Shown in pieces: positions 23,606 through 34,920 of a DNA stretch of 64,000 bases; the stretch's first letter is position 1, and every line of letters begins with the position of its first letter. The stretch is from Podarcis gaigeae (taxonomy: Eukaryota): assembly GCA_964106915.2 (NCBI GenBank), contig OZ066917.1; one strand, 5' to 3'. The notes under the pieces were generated by a model, which worked only from the letters and a program-made list of their open reading frames with translations, had not been told where the DNA came from and ran no database searches. Made by a program: the position numbers and the translations under genes.

Positions 23606-25279
23606 CCCCCTTCTGTCGAAAAATATTCTAGGAGCCTTGTCACAGTTCCTTGAAAGTGTTCCACTATAAAGCCGATGGGATTTACCTACAGGCGGACGCG
23701 CCTTAGACCAGGGCCTAAAGGAACTGCGCGCAAGGCTCCGTGGTGTTTATCTTCCTCCTCCAAGGTCTCTGGATGTCGGAAGGTGCGGGGGGACCATTTT
23801 AGCTCTGCTTCTCTTTGCCAGCGCTCAAACCCTGGAGAGAAATAGGTAGGTGGGTGGGTGTGTTGGGAAGTCAGGCCCAGATAAACGCAGGCTGGTTGGG
23901 TCCATCGAAGGGCGGGGGGGGGGAGGGGAGAAGCGCCCCACCACCTCCATCCTGCAAGCTGGCAAGGGGCACTGAGGGAGCTGGCCGAGGGCTGCGGACA
24001 AGGAAGGGATGGAGGCAGTTTGCGATTTGGAGGAAGGAAGAGCCACGCAGCCGTGAGGTGTGCAAGGCTCACGCTCGTTCTGAGAACAGCGAAAAACGGC
24101 TCTTTCAGCGCCTAGATCCACGCATAAAGCTATACCAGGCAGCTAGAAAGAAAAGAGTCCGTTTATGCAGCGTTTCCAATGGACTAAAATGCATCTTCGT
24201 GCCAAAATAAAAATGTAATTTAATCAAGGAAGGAAATCATGGATGATGTACTATTTATATGTGCGCATTATGCATGTGCGTGGTACATCTAAATAGCTCT
24301 CTGTACCTGTATCTCCTTCCTTCCCCCTACAAGGACGCAAAATCGGTTTGGAAATGGGCCTGTGCAGGTGCAAAAGAATACAGCAGAAAGCGTAAAAAGG
24401 TTTTGTCTTATGCTAATATGGCCTAAGGGGGGGGGGGAATAGAACACACCCCCAACCCAGGAGCAACCCCATTTCCTTTTCTAGTTTCCATTCTCATAAG
24501 ACCACAGAGAACATTTGTATTCCTAAATGGGGGAAAAAGAAAGGCCGCCGTTATTTTTCCTAAAAAGACGGGGAGATATTTCTGGATACTGCCCTTTTTA
24601 TTTCCTCAGCAAATTTGCTTTGGATTGCAGGTTTGGGTGGTTTTTTTTTTTTTTTAATTAATCTAAACAAGCTCATTCAGGAAACAGATCTGTCCTGGCA
24701 GGAGTGTGTAATGTGTATTTTCAGTTAGCAATCTTAGAATCTAGTTTGCAAATTTCCGTTCGTGAGGCTTTGCGATGCGATTTGTTACAAACACACACAA
24801 ACGCAGCGGCAAAAGGTTGCAATCACGGGTTGTGGCTTTTTTCAACACCCCTTCCCCGCTATGCAGCTCGCTCCCATGCCGCCTCCTGACAACCGCCCAC
24901 TAACCCGCTCTTTTCTTTTACACTACTCCGAGACATCTCTATTTACACCCGTGTCAGCAGCCTCCCAGCGAAGTCCATATCCTGTTGGAATCGATGGGAG
25001 GGAAACTCCCGTCGGTTTTTTAGCGGATCTGAATGGCACCTTCGCTCGGAATCTTTCACAAAAGGCACACGCAGATATTCTCCATCCCAGATAGTCTCAT
25101 CTGCTGTGGTTTCCCTCTCCTTTGACACCCCCTCGCCCAATCTCTCTCTTAAAAAACAAAACAAAAAAACATGCCTTGCTCTCTCTCTCTCGCCACCCCA
25201 AAGGGTCCTTTTGGTCCGGTTTCCCCGCGAGAAACGCACCCGAGAGGTAAACTGGATCTCGTTGGGAACCGATCCCGCC

Positions 25280-26221
25280 CCCCTCCCCACCGCGCCCCCC
25301 TCCCCCAACCCACCCTCTGGCTGCCCTATGATCCGAGCGCTGCCCCTCTCTCGCCTCTGCCCGGGGCGGGAGCGGAGGGGAGGGGGAGAGGAGGGGAGGC
25401 GGGTCGGACCAGGGGACGCGCGAGTGGCTATTAGCCCGCCTTGGGGGGAAGGCTTGGATTGATGGGGCCGGGCCGACCAATGAGACGGCGCCAGGAGATC
25501 GGCCTGGCTGCTGTTAAAGGGGGCGGTGGGAGAGGAGCTGCCAGTCCAGCCTAGGAACTAGCGGGAGAGGCTGGGAGGAGGAGGAGGAGGAGGAGGAGAA
25601 GGGGTGGCGAGGAGGGGGGGATAAAAAGCAGCCACAGCAGCGGCGCCCACCGCAACCAGCAGACGGAGGCGAGAGGCGAGCAGAGGGAGAAGCCGGCCAG
25701 CGCCCAGGGAGGAGGACCGACCCGCCCCCCCCCCCGCCAAAAAAGAGGAGGAGGAGGAGGAGGAAGGACCGCATCTCACGGCTGGAGCATCTCCATGGCG
25801 GGCGCTGGCGGCGGTGCCTGAGTGGGACTCGCGCCCGGGCTGAGGGACGGACCTTGGGCGCTCCACTCCCCCCTCCGCCCCTCCGCCTGTGTTATTGTTC
25901 TGGGCTGCCTCTCTCTCTCTCTTTTTTTTTTCTTTTACAAATCCGCATCTCTCCCCCTCCCCTCCTCTCCCCCTCAATCTCGTCCCCTCCTCCTCCTCCT
26001 CCCCAACTTAAAGCGAGCGAGGTTGTGGCGAGGGAAAAGGCGCCCGATTCCTCCCTCTCGTGAGGAGAACGGCGGCGGCGGCGGCGGCGGCAACTTTGGA
26101 GCCCGTGAGGCGGAACCGAATGGCGGGCAGAGCGGGAGGCGGAGGAGGTGGCGGCAGCGGCAGCGGAGGAGAAGAAGAAGAAGAACGGGAATAATATATC
26201 TATATACACACACATATGTGT

Positions 26222-26256
<35 letters not shown>

Positions 26257-26956
26257 ACAGAAACAAGGGGTGGTTAGAAGAGTGGGGGGGGACCCGAATA
26301 TTTTAGTGGAGGGGCTGGAGAAGGCGGGGAGGGGGGCACCGGGGCGGGGTAGTAGCGCAGCGGAGAACCGTGTGTTTGTTTTCTGAGCGGAGAGTGTGCG
26401 TAGCGCGCGAGCGGAGAGCCGGCCACTCGCGCGCGCCCCGGCGTGTGCGTGAGCGCGCGCGCGCGAGGGAGTGTGCCTATATATCTCCTCGCCTGTTTGT
26501 GTGTGAGAGAGAGAGGCTGTCGGTGTGGCTGTGGCGGTGTGACATCTCTTCGCCAGAGGGCTTGTGTGTGTGGTACTGTTGTTGTTGTTGTTGTTGTTGT
26601 GGGTAGCTCTTTCCCCCCCATTTCTCCCCCCTCCTTCTCAGGGAAAGGCGAGTCCCCTCTGCGTCCCTCCCTCTCCCCCCCCACGCCCCTCTCCTCTTCC
26701 CTCCCTCCTCGGCTCCCTCTCTCTCTCCCTCCCCTCCGCCCGCTCCCCTCTCTGTGCCTTCTTCCCTCAGAGCTGCCCGCCCGCCCTCGCCTCAGCTGCT
26801 TTAATACCCTTCCGCTGGCCGCCTGCGCCTGAACTCTCGTCGTCGGCGCGCGGCTCTTTCTCCCGCTCGCGCAGCAGAAGAAGAGGAGGAAGTAGAAGAA
26901 GAAGAGGAAGACAGAGAGCCCGTCGCTCGGACCCTCGCCGGGGGCTCCTGGGCGGC
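25280..26956 (+). promoter_or_regulatory. ZIC2 promoter / 5' UTR CpG island
   Basis: Very GC- and CpG-rich; CCAAT at ~25477, GC boxes (GGGGCGG at ~25520 and ~26341), GGA/GGC tracts, directly upstream of the ZIC2 ATG. TSS not determinable from sequence. Confidence 0.6.
26222..26250. repeat. (TA)n microsatellite inside the ZIC2 upstream CpG island
   Basis: Seen directly. Confidence 0.9.
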
Positions 26957-28049
26957 ATGCTTCTGGATGCGGGGCCGCAGTTCCCGGCGCTGGGCGTGGG
27001 CTCGTTCGCCCGGCACCCTCCTCCTCCGTCGGCGGCCGAGATGCAGGAGCGCGAGCTGAGCCTGCAGAACAGCTTCGTGGACTCGGCAGCGGCGGCGGCG
27101 GCGGCGGCGCACCTGGGCGCCTTCAAGCTCAACGCGGCGGCGGCTGCGGCGGCGGCGCACGAGCTGTCTCCGGGCCAGGGCTCGGCCTTCAGCTCGCAGG
27201 CGCCCGCTTACCCGCACGCGGCGCATGTGGGCTCCTACTCCGCGCCGCCCTTCAACTCCCCCAGGGACTTCTTGTTTCGGAGCCGGGGCTTCGGCGACGC
27301 GGCGGCGGCGGCCGGCGGCGGCCAGCACGGGCTCTTCGGGGCCGCGGCGGCGGCGGCGGCGGCCACGGGCAGCCTGCACCACCCGCACGCCGAGGCGCAG
27401 AGCCACCTGCTGTTCCCGGGCATCGGCGAGCAGCACGGCGCGCCCGGCTCGCCCAACGTGCTCAACGGGCAGATGCGGCTGGGCTTGCCCGGAGAAGTCT
27501 TCGGCCGCTCGGACCAGTACCGCCAGGTGTCCAGCCCGCGCGCGGACCCTTACTCGGCGGCGCAGCTGCACGGCCAGTACGGGCCCATGAACATGAACAT
27601 GGGCATGAACATGGCGGCGCACCACGCGCACCACCCGCACCATGCCCACCCGCACCATGCCCACCCGCACCACCACCATCACCACCACCACCCGGGGGCC
27701 TTCTTCCGCTACATGCGCCAGCAGTGCATCAAGCAGGAGCTCATCTGCAAGTGGATCGACCCCGAGCAGCTGAGCAGCCCCAAGAAGAGCTGCAACAAAA
27801 CTTTCAGCACCATGCACGAGCTGGTCACTCACGTCTCGGTGGAGCACGTCGGCGGGCCCGAGCAGAGCAATCACATCTGCTTCTGGGAGGAGTGTCCCCG
27901 CGAAGGGAAGCCCTTCAAGGCCAAGTACAAGCTGGTCAACCACATCCGCGTGCACACGGGCGAGAAGCCCTTCCCGTGCCCCTTCCCCGGCTGCGGGAAG
28001 GTCTTCGCGCGCTCCGAGAACCTCAAGATCCACAAAAGGACGCACACAG
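26957..28049 (+). CDS. ZIC2: ZIC2 coding exon 1 (ZOC, His tract, ZF-NC, zinc fingers 1-3)
   Basis: Starts [20 protein letters not shown]; contains [67 protein letters not shown]; donor ACAG|gtcagt at 28049/28050, phase 1. Confidence 0.97.
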
Positions 28050-30363
28050 GTCAGTCCACGAGGGATTTCACGCTCTTTGCCGGGTCGGAAAGGGTGGTTG
28101 GTGGGTGTGAGATTGTGGGGAAGGGAAGGGAAGGGGGCATTGCGACACAAATGCAAAGCAGGAGAATCCTTTCCCCAGAAACCTCCCCGTGCATGCTCCA
28201 GCACACGAATCTGCTTACTCGGAAAGGTGTTTAATTTTGTCCAAACCCTTTAAAGGAAGTGATGCTTTATGTGATCGTAAAAAATAAACACGTAAGAAGT
28301 AAAATAAAATTGCTTCCAAATGTCTGCCTTCTCTTAAGGCTGCCTGAACTGGGCCGGGCTCCTCGGGATACTTAGGGGAGATGCAGTGGGATCAGATACT
28401 TAGGGGAAAGTAAGATACACTGGCATCAGTCAGTTGCCAAGGGAGTCTCTCCTTCAGAGTGGGACGCCTGCCTTCAAAGAAGCAAAAACCGTCCGAGCAG
28501 ATAACTGGAAATATACGAAGGGACCTTACAGGTTAATCCTGAAGAGAAGCGAGTGTTGTTCCTGTCGGTATGGTCTACTTTTAAGGAAATCTGTGAAGCT
28601 GAGCAGCTGACTAGGAAATCTCTTCCTTTGAAATCCACCGGCTTCATTTCCAAATATATTCAGGTCTGAGGTGCTCCTGCAATGAACGCCGCGTTTCCAG
28701 AAAATGGGTAAATAAGTGGGTAGTTTAAAAAGGCATAGTTGTGCCGTTTTATAAATGTGATGGTAGGAATCTAAAACAGAGCTGAATTTTACATTTTGTA
28801 TTTTAGACCTATATTCTAGAAAAACTACCCTTAAGAGGGAGGGGGGAGCTCTTTTCCTTTCTCCGCCCCCCTGGTCATTTCACCGCGCTTTTCAGGGACT
28901 GCTTTCCATTAAATTGAAATGGAGTGAGGCGGGACCATAAAATTTTCTCATTTGCAAAAGTGTTTTGAAAGTCTGACTTGGGGCGCCGGAAGGCGGTTTT
29001 CCACTAGTTTATTATTTTTGTTAAAGCAACATGTAATAAACAACAGAGGATTTAAGGTTGATAAACTTCCGGGGGTAGGATTCCCCCTCTTCCTAACGCT
29101 GCCACCCCAAAATGAGGACTAATGGGTGAGAAAGGAGGCCGCGTTTCTGGGTGATAGAAATCGTTTGAGTCCAGGTAGTGGAATCAAACAACTGCGTTTC
29201 CCAGGCTCCTAGATAATTCTACTTCAGCCGGCCAGATTTCTACTGGAGCATTTTTATTTTTATTTTTGGGGTCCGCACCCTACCCCGCCCCGGGGGAAAA
29301 AGAAGACCAGCAAATATTTGAGCAATTTCCGGGCATCAGTGTTGACTGAGAGAAAGGAGCAAAACTCTGTGAGCCTTTCTGGTTGTGTTGCTGAAGTGCT
29401 AAGAACGGGTTTAGGTGCGAGACGGGCTTTAACAAGGTTTAGCAAATCCGAGACGTTGATTTGCATGGAGATGGCCGCGTTTTGCGGGGGGGGGGGCGGC
29501 TCTGAGCGGGTGTCTTTAAGGAACAATTTAGGTGCTAATGGAATTTCGCGTTAAATTGCGCGTCTCTCCCACCTCCGGTTTCAAGGGCGGGGGAAGGATC
29601 CGGCGGTGGCTGTGTTTGAGTTCTCACACCTACAAATTGCTCGGAAATCTGGCGAAGGGGCGAAGAAGCTCTAGGAAAATTCCAAGGGAGGGTTCTGCAT
29701 GTGTTTTTTGCTTCGGTTTCTCTCGCCCTCTTCGCCCCCCATCATCCCCAGCGGATATTTTGAGAAGTATTCCAATGTCCTTGCATGAAAGGGGAGAAAA
29801 ATACTGCAGCAGCCTGCTCAGATCTGGAGTCGTTTGCGGCTTGACGCGGTTTAAACAGGGGGTGGGGGTTGGTTCTGGTCCGGTGGCTGTTTTTAAATGC
29901 ACGAACTGGGAAAGGCTCCTTGGCCTGGCTTTTAAATGCAATACCAGTTGGAATGAAAACAAAAGAAATACATATCCCGAGACACGCAAATCTCTTTATT
30001 GGGTTCCTTGGGGAGTCGCGCTTTTAAAAACAATGACCACAGACCTGAGGACTTTCTTGAATTCCCCCGTTTTCCTTGTATTAGCTGGGACCCTGGCCCG
30101 GTATTTCTTTCCGAAGCTGCATAATCCCCTGCACAACTCACCCAACTCATTTCCCTCACATCCTAAATTCGACTGAGCTCCTGCGGAATTCTCAGACGAA
30201 CATTTAAATATGAGATGCCAATGAAAAGAGGCACATACGAAAAGGAGGTCGCTTTCCTTTAGCTGACCAAAAAAAACACACCCGAGGATGTTCAAGTTTC
30301 TTCCAAGATCTCACAGCCACTAAATGTTTGTTTTATAGTTCTTGGTAAAAGATCGCTTTTTAG

Positions 30364-30708
<345 letters not shown>

Positions 30709-31048
30709 TAGCCCCAGGCTGCGGAGTTATTGGGAAGCAAGTCCCGCTCAAACCGGAGTGGTTTCCCAATAAACCTGCTTCAAACCAAATTCCAAAGAAA
30801 ATGTTGTGTATAGCCGGAAGAGAGGGACCTTTTGGGCTCCAACCCAGCTTCCTGATCTGTTACTAACTCAGGGGGATTTATGCAACCTTACTAAATGTAG
30901 GATTTCAGCACTGGGGAAGGGTCGGCGGCGGTGCTGAGCCTATTGAGCGTCTTGAAGGAAAGGAAACGGGTGGGAGAGATCTGGGAGCCTTTTCTGTGTC
31001 CTCTCAACGCAAGTTGCTTAGTTTTCTTTCTCGCTGTTGGCCTGGCAG

Positions 31049-31399
31049 GTCCACGAATCCTCCCCGCAAGGCTCCGAGTCGTCGCCCGCGGCCAGCTCCG
31101 GCTACGAGTCGTCCACTCCGCCGGGCTTGGTGTCCCCCAGCGCAGAGACCCAAAGCACAGCTGCCAGCAACCTGTCCTCTGCAGCGGCGGCCGCGGCTGC
31201 TGCTGCCGCCGCCGCCGCTGCGGCCGCAGTCTCGGCGGTGCACCGGAGCAACAACGGCGGAGCGGGAGGAGGAGGCGGCGGCGGCGGGAGCTCGGGCGGC
31301 GGCGGAGGGGGCAGCGGCGGCGGCGGAGGAGCGGGCAGCGGCGGAGCCAGCGCCAGCCACGGCGGCCTCACGTCCAACTTCAACGAGTGGTACGTCTGA
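31049..31399 (+). CDS. ZIC2: ZIC2 coding exon 3 (Ser-rich, poly-Ala, poly-Gly C-terminus)
   Basis: Acceptor ctggcag|GTC CAC; encodes [30 protein letters not shown]...A16 VSAVHR...SNFNEWYV*. Total CDS 1608 nt = 535 aa. Confidence 0.96.
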   Translation, partial: VHESSPQGSESSPAASSGYESSTPPGLVSPSAETQSTAASNLSSAAAAAAAAAAAAAAAAVSAVHRSNNGGAGGGGGGGGSSGGGGGGSGGGGGAGSGGASASHGGLTSNFNEWYV

Positions 31400-31571
31400 A
31401 GAGGCCTCCTGGCCCTGCCGCCGCCGCCGCCGCCGCCGCCGCTCCAGCCAGATGCCTCGAAAATGAAGGAAGGAAAGCAGGAAGGAAGGAAGGAAGCCGC
31501 CGTCGAAGTCGCTCTCCGCCTTCCCTCTCTCTCTTTCTCCACCCCGCCGCCCCCTTTTGTTTGGACTGGGA

Positions 31572-31705
31572 NNNNNNNNNNNNNNNNNNNNNNNNNNNNN
31601 NNNNNNNNNNNNNNNNNNNNNNNNNNNNNNNNNNNNNNNNNNNNNNNNNNNNNNNNNNNNNNNNNNNNNNNNNNNNNNNNNNNNNNNNNNNNNNNNNNNN
31701 NNNNN
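31572..31705. other. Assembly gap (134 N)
   Basis: Run of N. Confidence 0.99.
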
Positions 31706-32492
31706 AGCGGTTCTACCCGCCACGGGACACCCGCTGCCTCCTGAGCCTTGCGGACATTCAGTTCTGCCGGCGAGGGGGGACCCCTGCCGCCCCTCCTGCC
31801 TCCAGCGCCTTGGGAACAAAAGATCAGACACAAGGAGGGAGGACCCGTCGGTCCTGGGACCAGCCGGCCCCCAACCACCGCCTCCATCCCCCTCGGACTC
31901 TCTGTGTACATAGAGGAGTCTTCGCTCCTTCCGCCAAGAAGGTGGTAATCATAAAGTTTTCTCGGTGTATAGAAATTGGTCCACTTTGTGAACTATGGAT
32001 TTGGTTCTTCCCTCCCGCCCTGCGCTTTCTCTCTCCCTCCCAGAAGTGATGCTCTCTCTCATTCTCTGCCTCCTGTCCTCTCTCTCTTGTTAGCTCCCCC
32101 CACCTTTTCTTTCTCTTTCCTTCTCTCTTTTTTAAATTCACCCATTTTTAAAGGGAAAGGGGGGGAAGTAAAGTGGAAGCAAAATGGTTTCTTTTGTAAT
32201 TGTGGTATTGAATATTGTGTTCCTTTTTTTTAAAAAAAGAGGCAACTTTGATTGTAAACTTCATTCAGCTATAGACTGGAAAGATTTTAAAACAAACAAA
32301 CAAAAAAACACACGTGCCAAAGTCTCCATGCCGTTCTTCGAAACAAACCCAGATTGATTCCTCCTCCTCTTCCAATGCTTGTGAATGTATTTTCTGTTAG
32401 CTGGATTTACATGTGATGTTTTAGTGCATTTTGCAAGTTCTATTTGTTAGTTCCTGTTTGGAAGTTTGTGGGGAGGGGGAAATAAACGTAGT

Positions 32493-32656
32493 NNNNNNNN
32501 NNNNNNNNNNNNNNNNNNNNNNNNNNNNNNNNNNNNNNNNNNNNNNNNNNNNNNNNNNNNNNNNNNNNNNNNNNNNNNNNNNNNNNNNNNNNNNNNNNNN
32601 NNNNNNNNNNNNNNNNNNNNNNNNNNNNNNNNNNNNNNNNNNNNNNNNNNNNNNNN
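32493..32656. other. Assembly gap (164 N)
   Basis: Run of N. Confidence 0.99.
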
Positions 32657-34837
32657 GTTTCAGAATTTTTTTATTTGAAGGTTCATGTGGTTTCATCATT
32701 TCTTGTGATATGTTTTTTTTTTTTTTTGAGAGTAATGCATACAGAAATATAATAAAATGTGTTGAAACTGCAGTGACTGACATTCCCCTCCCTCTTTCTT
32801 TCTTTTCCTTTCTTTCTTGGTATGTCAAAGGTTTTCTTATGTTGATTAGAGTGTGCCTTAAGAAAGGCCAAATTCCCTATACGCTGCAAAATGTTTTAGA
32901 TATGTGATGAAAATCACATGAGGGCACAACTTATACAAAAACTAAGTTTTATTAGTTTAACTAAGTATTTAAAACAAATCTACATCCTGTCTTAATATAC
33001 TGGATTTGCAAAGCCAATATCATACCAATAATGATACTCCTAGGCTGCACTTCTGTGCATTTTTACCTTGGAGTAAATTTAATTGAAGACATTACTGGGT
33101 AAATATGTGTGGAATTTAACTACACAGGGCTTTGCAACTCTAGGGCTGGATCTAGTCAAAGATTAGTAGTTTTAAGGGCCATTTCAGTGGAAGAATTAAG
33201 CATGTGTTTCACCTTTTTCCCTGTGAAAATCAAAAGTCTTCCAAGTTCTGCCAGTCTCCTATATTTCAAGTCAATTTTATACCCTTATAGACTGTCAAAA
33301 CCTTTATTGCTTGTAGTTTGCCCTTATCTCCTTTTTTACTTTTATGAAAGGTCCCATTTTTAATCTGGATTTTTTGGTACTTATGTTAAGTTTATTTTTT
33401 AAGCACTGTTCACATGCTTTACAATTTATTTGTTTTTAAATCTAGGAGTAGATCCCAAATCTTTCTCCATAAAATCTGGATTCCTTAAAAGTTGGAAACA
33501 CTTCTTCCCTTGTTTAGAATAGTTCTTATGCTTTTTATTTTGCACATTTATCTTTACTAATATATATTTTTCCCCTCCACCAAAGATGAGGAAAAAAGAG
33601 ATGAATCAGATAGGCTTTAAAAAAGCAGTATCCCCCCACTTTTCTTTGCAGTGCTGGGGAAGAGTACAACCATGACTTTGGTGTGACGTGTGTTAAAGAT
33701 GCAATGGCTAAGAAAACAAAAATTTTAGGGGCTGTGTAATTTGCTGGATATGGCTTTAACAAAATTATTCTCTCCACCCCAAATTTACCAGTGTGCGTGT
33801 GTTTGTTTGTGTATGTGTTTATAATTTAAAATAATATTCTACATGAGTAAATAGGTATATAATTAAGAATGATGACCTAAATTAACTTTTGCTTGTCTGC
33901 AAGATTGTAGATTCTCCTCTATCCTCTTGACTTCAACCCAGAATCAGTGCTTTGGACATGCTTTGATTTTATGAGCCACTTTCTAGTAACCAGGACGTGG
34001 AATTGAACTGTGAAGCCTTCAAAAAAACCTTCGAAAGCCTGGCATTTGCCCAAAATCCAGTGCCAGCCACCTGGGCACCCAAAAGAGGCACGCATCCTTC
34101 CCCCCTTTTTCCAAGCCCTGTGCAAGTGTGCTCCTGGCACTCCTCTCACAAAACTCCGCAGCGCCAGCCAAAAACCGCTCAAACGATACATTTGCCTCTC
34201 CAGCCCAGTCGCTTGTTTTCATTGCATTCCATCCAAACCCCCCACCCTGTTTGGAATTTATGTTAGCAACACTATCCCTCTTTGGCAGGGAAGAGAAGAG
34301 CCTTGGACTGTAGTCCTAGGCCCACCTCCTCAAGAGCAAGTCCCGCTAAGCACAGTAGGACCTATTTCCGAGTAAAATTTCATTTTTGGGGCAAGCTTTT
34401 CGCCTGATGTTTGGTGCGGGGGGAACAGGGACGATAGATTCGCGCTTGGGCCTGGAAGAGGATGCCCTTGAGGGAGCAATTAAAAAAAAAAATTTTTTTT
34501 TGCTGCGGTGCAAAAAACACAACCTGGCACGCTTCCTTTACTCCCCAACTTGGAGCGGTCTCTTCCTTCGTAGTCATTCATTCATTCAGTCATTCTCCGC
34601 TGCATAATGTAAAAGCCCCGAAGTAATCAAATGGCTGTTAAAATCTCATTTTCCTCCCTTAATAATATTAGGCCAGAGAGAGAGAGAGAGAGAGAAACCC
34701 AACCCAATTTTATTAAAGGAATTAGCATATGGCGCTGATCCCTGGGAGAGAGAGATCTCGCTGGCTGGGAAACTACAGCAGGGCACCGTCGGAAGAATGG
34801 CAAGAAAGGCCCCAAAGAGCGTTGGATTGAAATTGGC

Positions 34838-34840
34838 TGT

Positions 34841-34917
<77 letters not shown>
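34838..34917. repeat. Compound (TG)n(AG)n microsatellite
   Basis: Seen directly. Confidence 0.95.

Positions 34918-34920
<3 letters not shown>

Larger units (their letters stand above)
31400..32780 (+). other. ZIC2 3' UTR with two candidate poly(A) signals
   Basis: AATAAA at 32481-32486 and 32751-32756; U-rich block at ~32170-32490; interrupted by two N gaps. Confidence 0.6.

Noticed and set aside
26564-26956. 131-codon in-frame extension upstream of the ZIC2 ATG
   Set aside because: Non-ATG start in microsatellite and pyrimidine tracts; the recognised ZIC2 N-terminus begins at MLLDAGPQF (26957).
26801-28204. 467-aa - strand ORF antisense to ZIC2 exon 1
   Set aside because: Same stop-codon-poor artefact; its similarity to the ZIC5 antisense ORF only mirrors the shared finger DNA.
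28367-28407. 13-bp direct repeat GATACTTAGGGGA twice in ZIC2 intron 1
   Set aside because: Looks like a local duplication within a decayed palindromic-element fragment; no evidence of function.
30931-32049. Long ORFs crossing ZIC2 exon 3 and the N gaps
   Set aside because: Off-frame reading of exon 3, artificially extended through runs of N.
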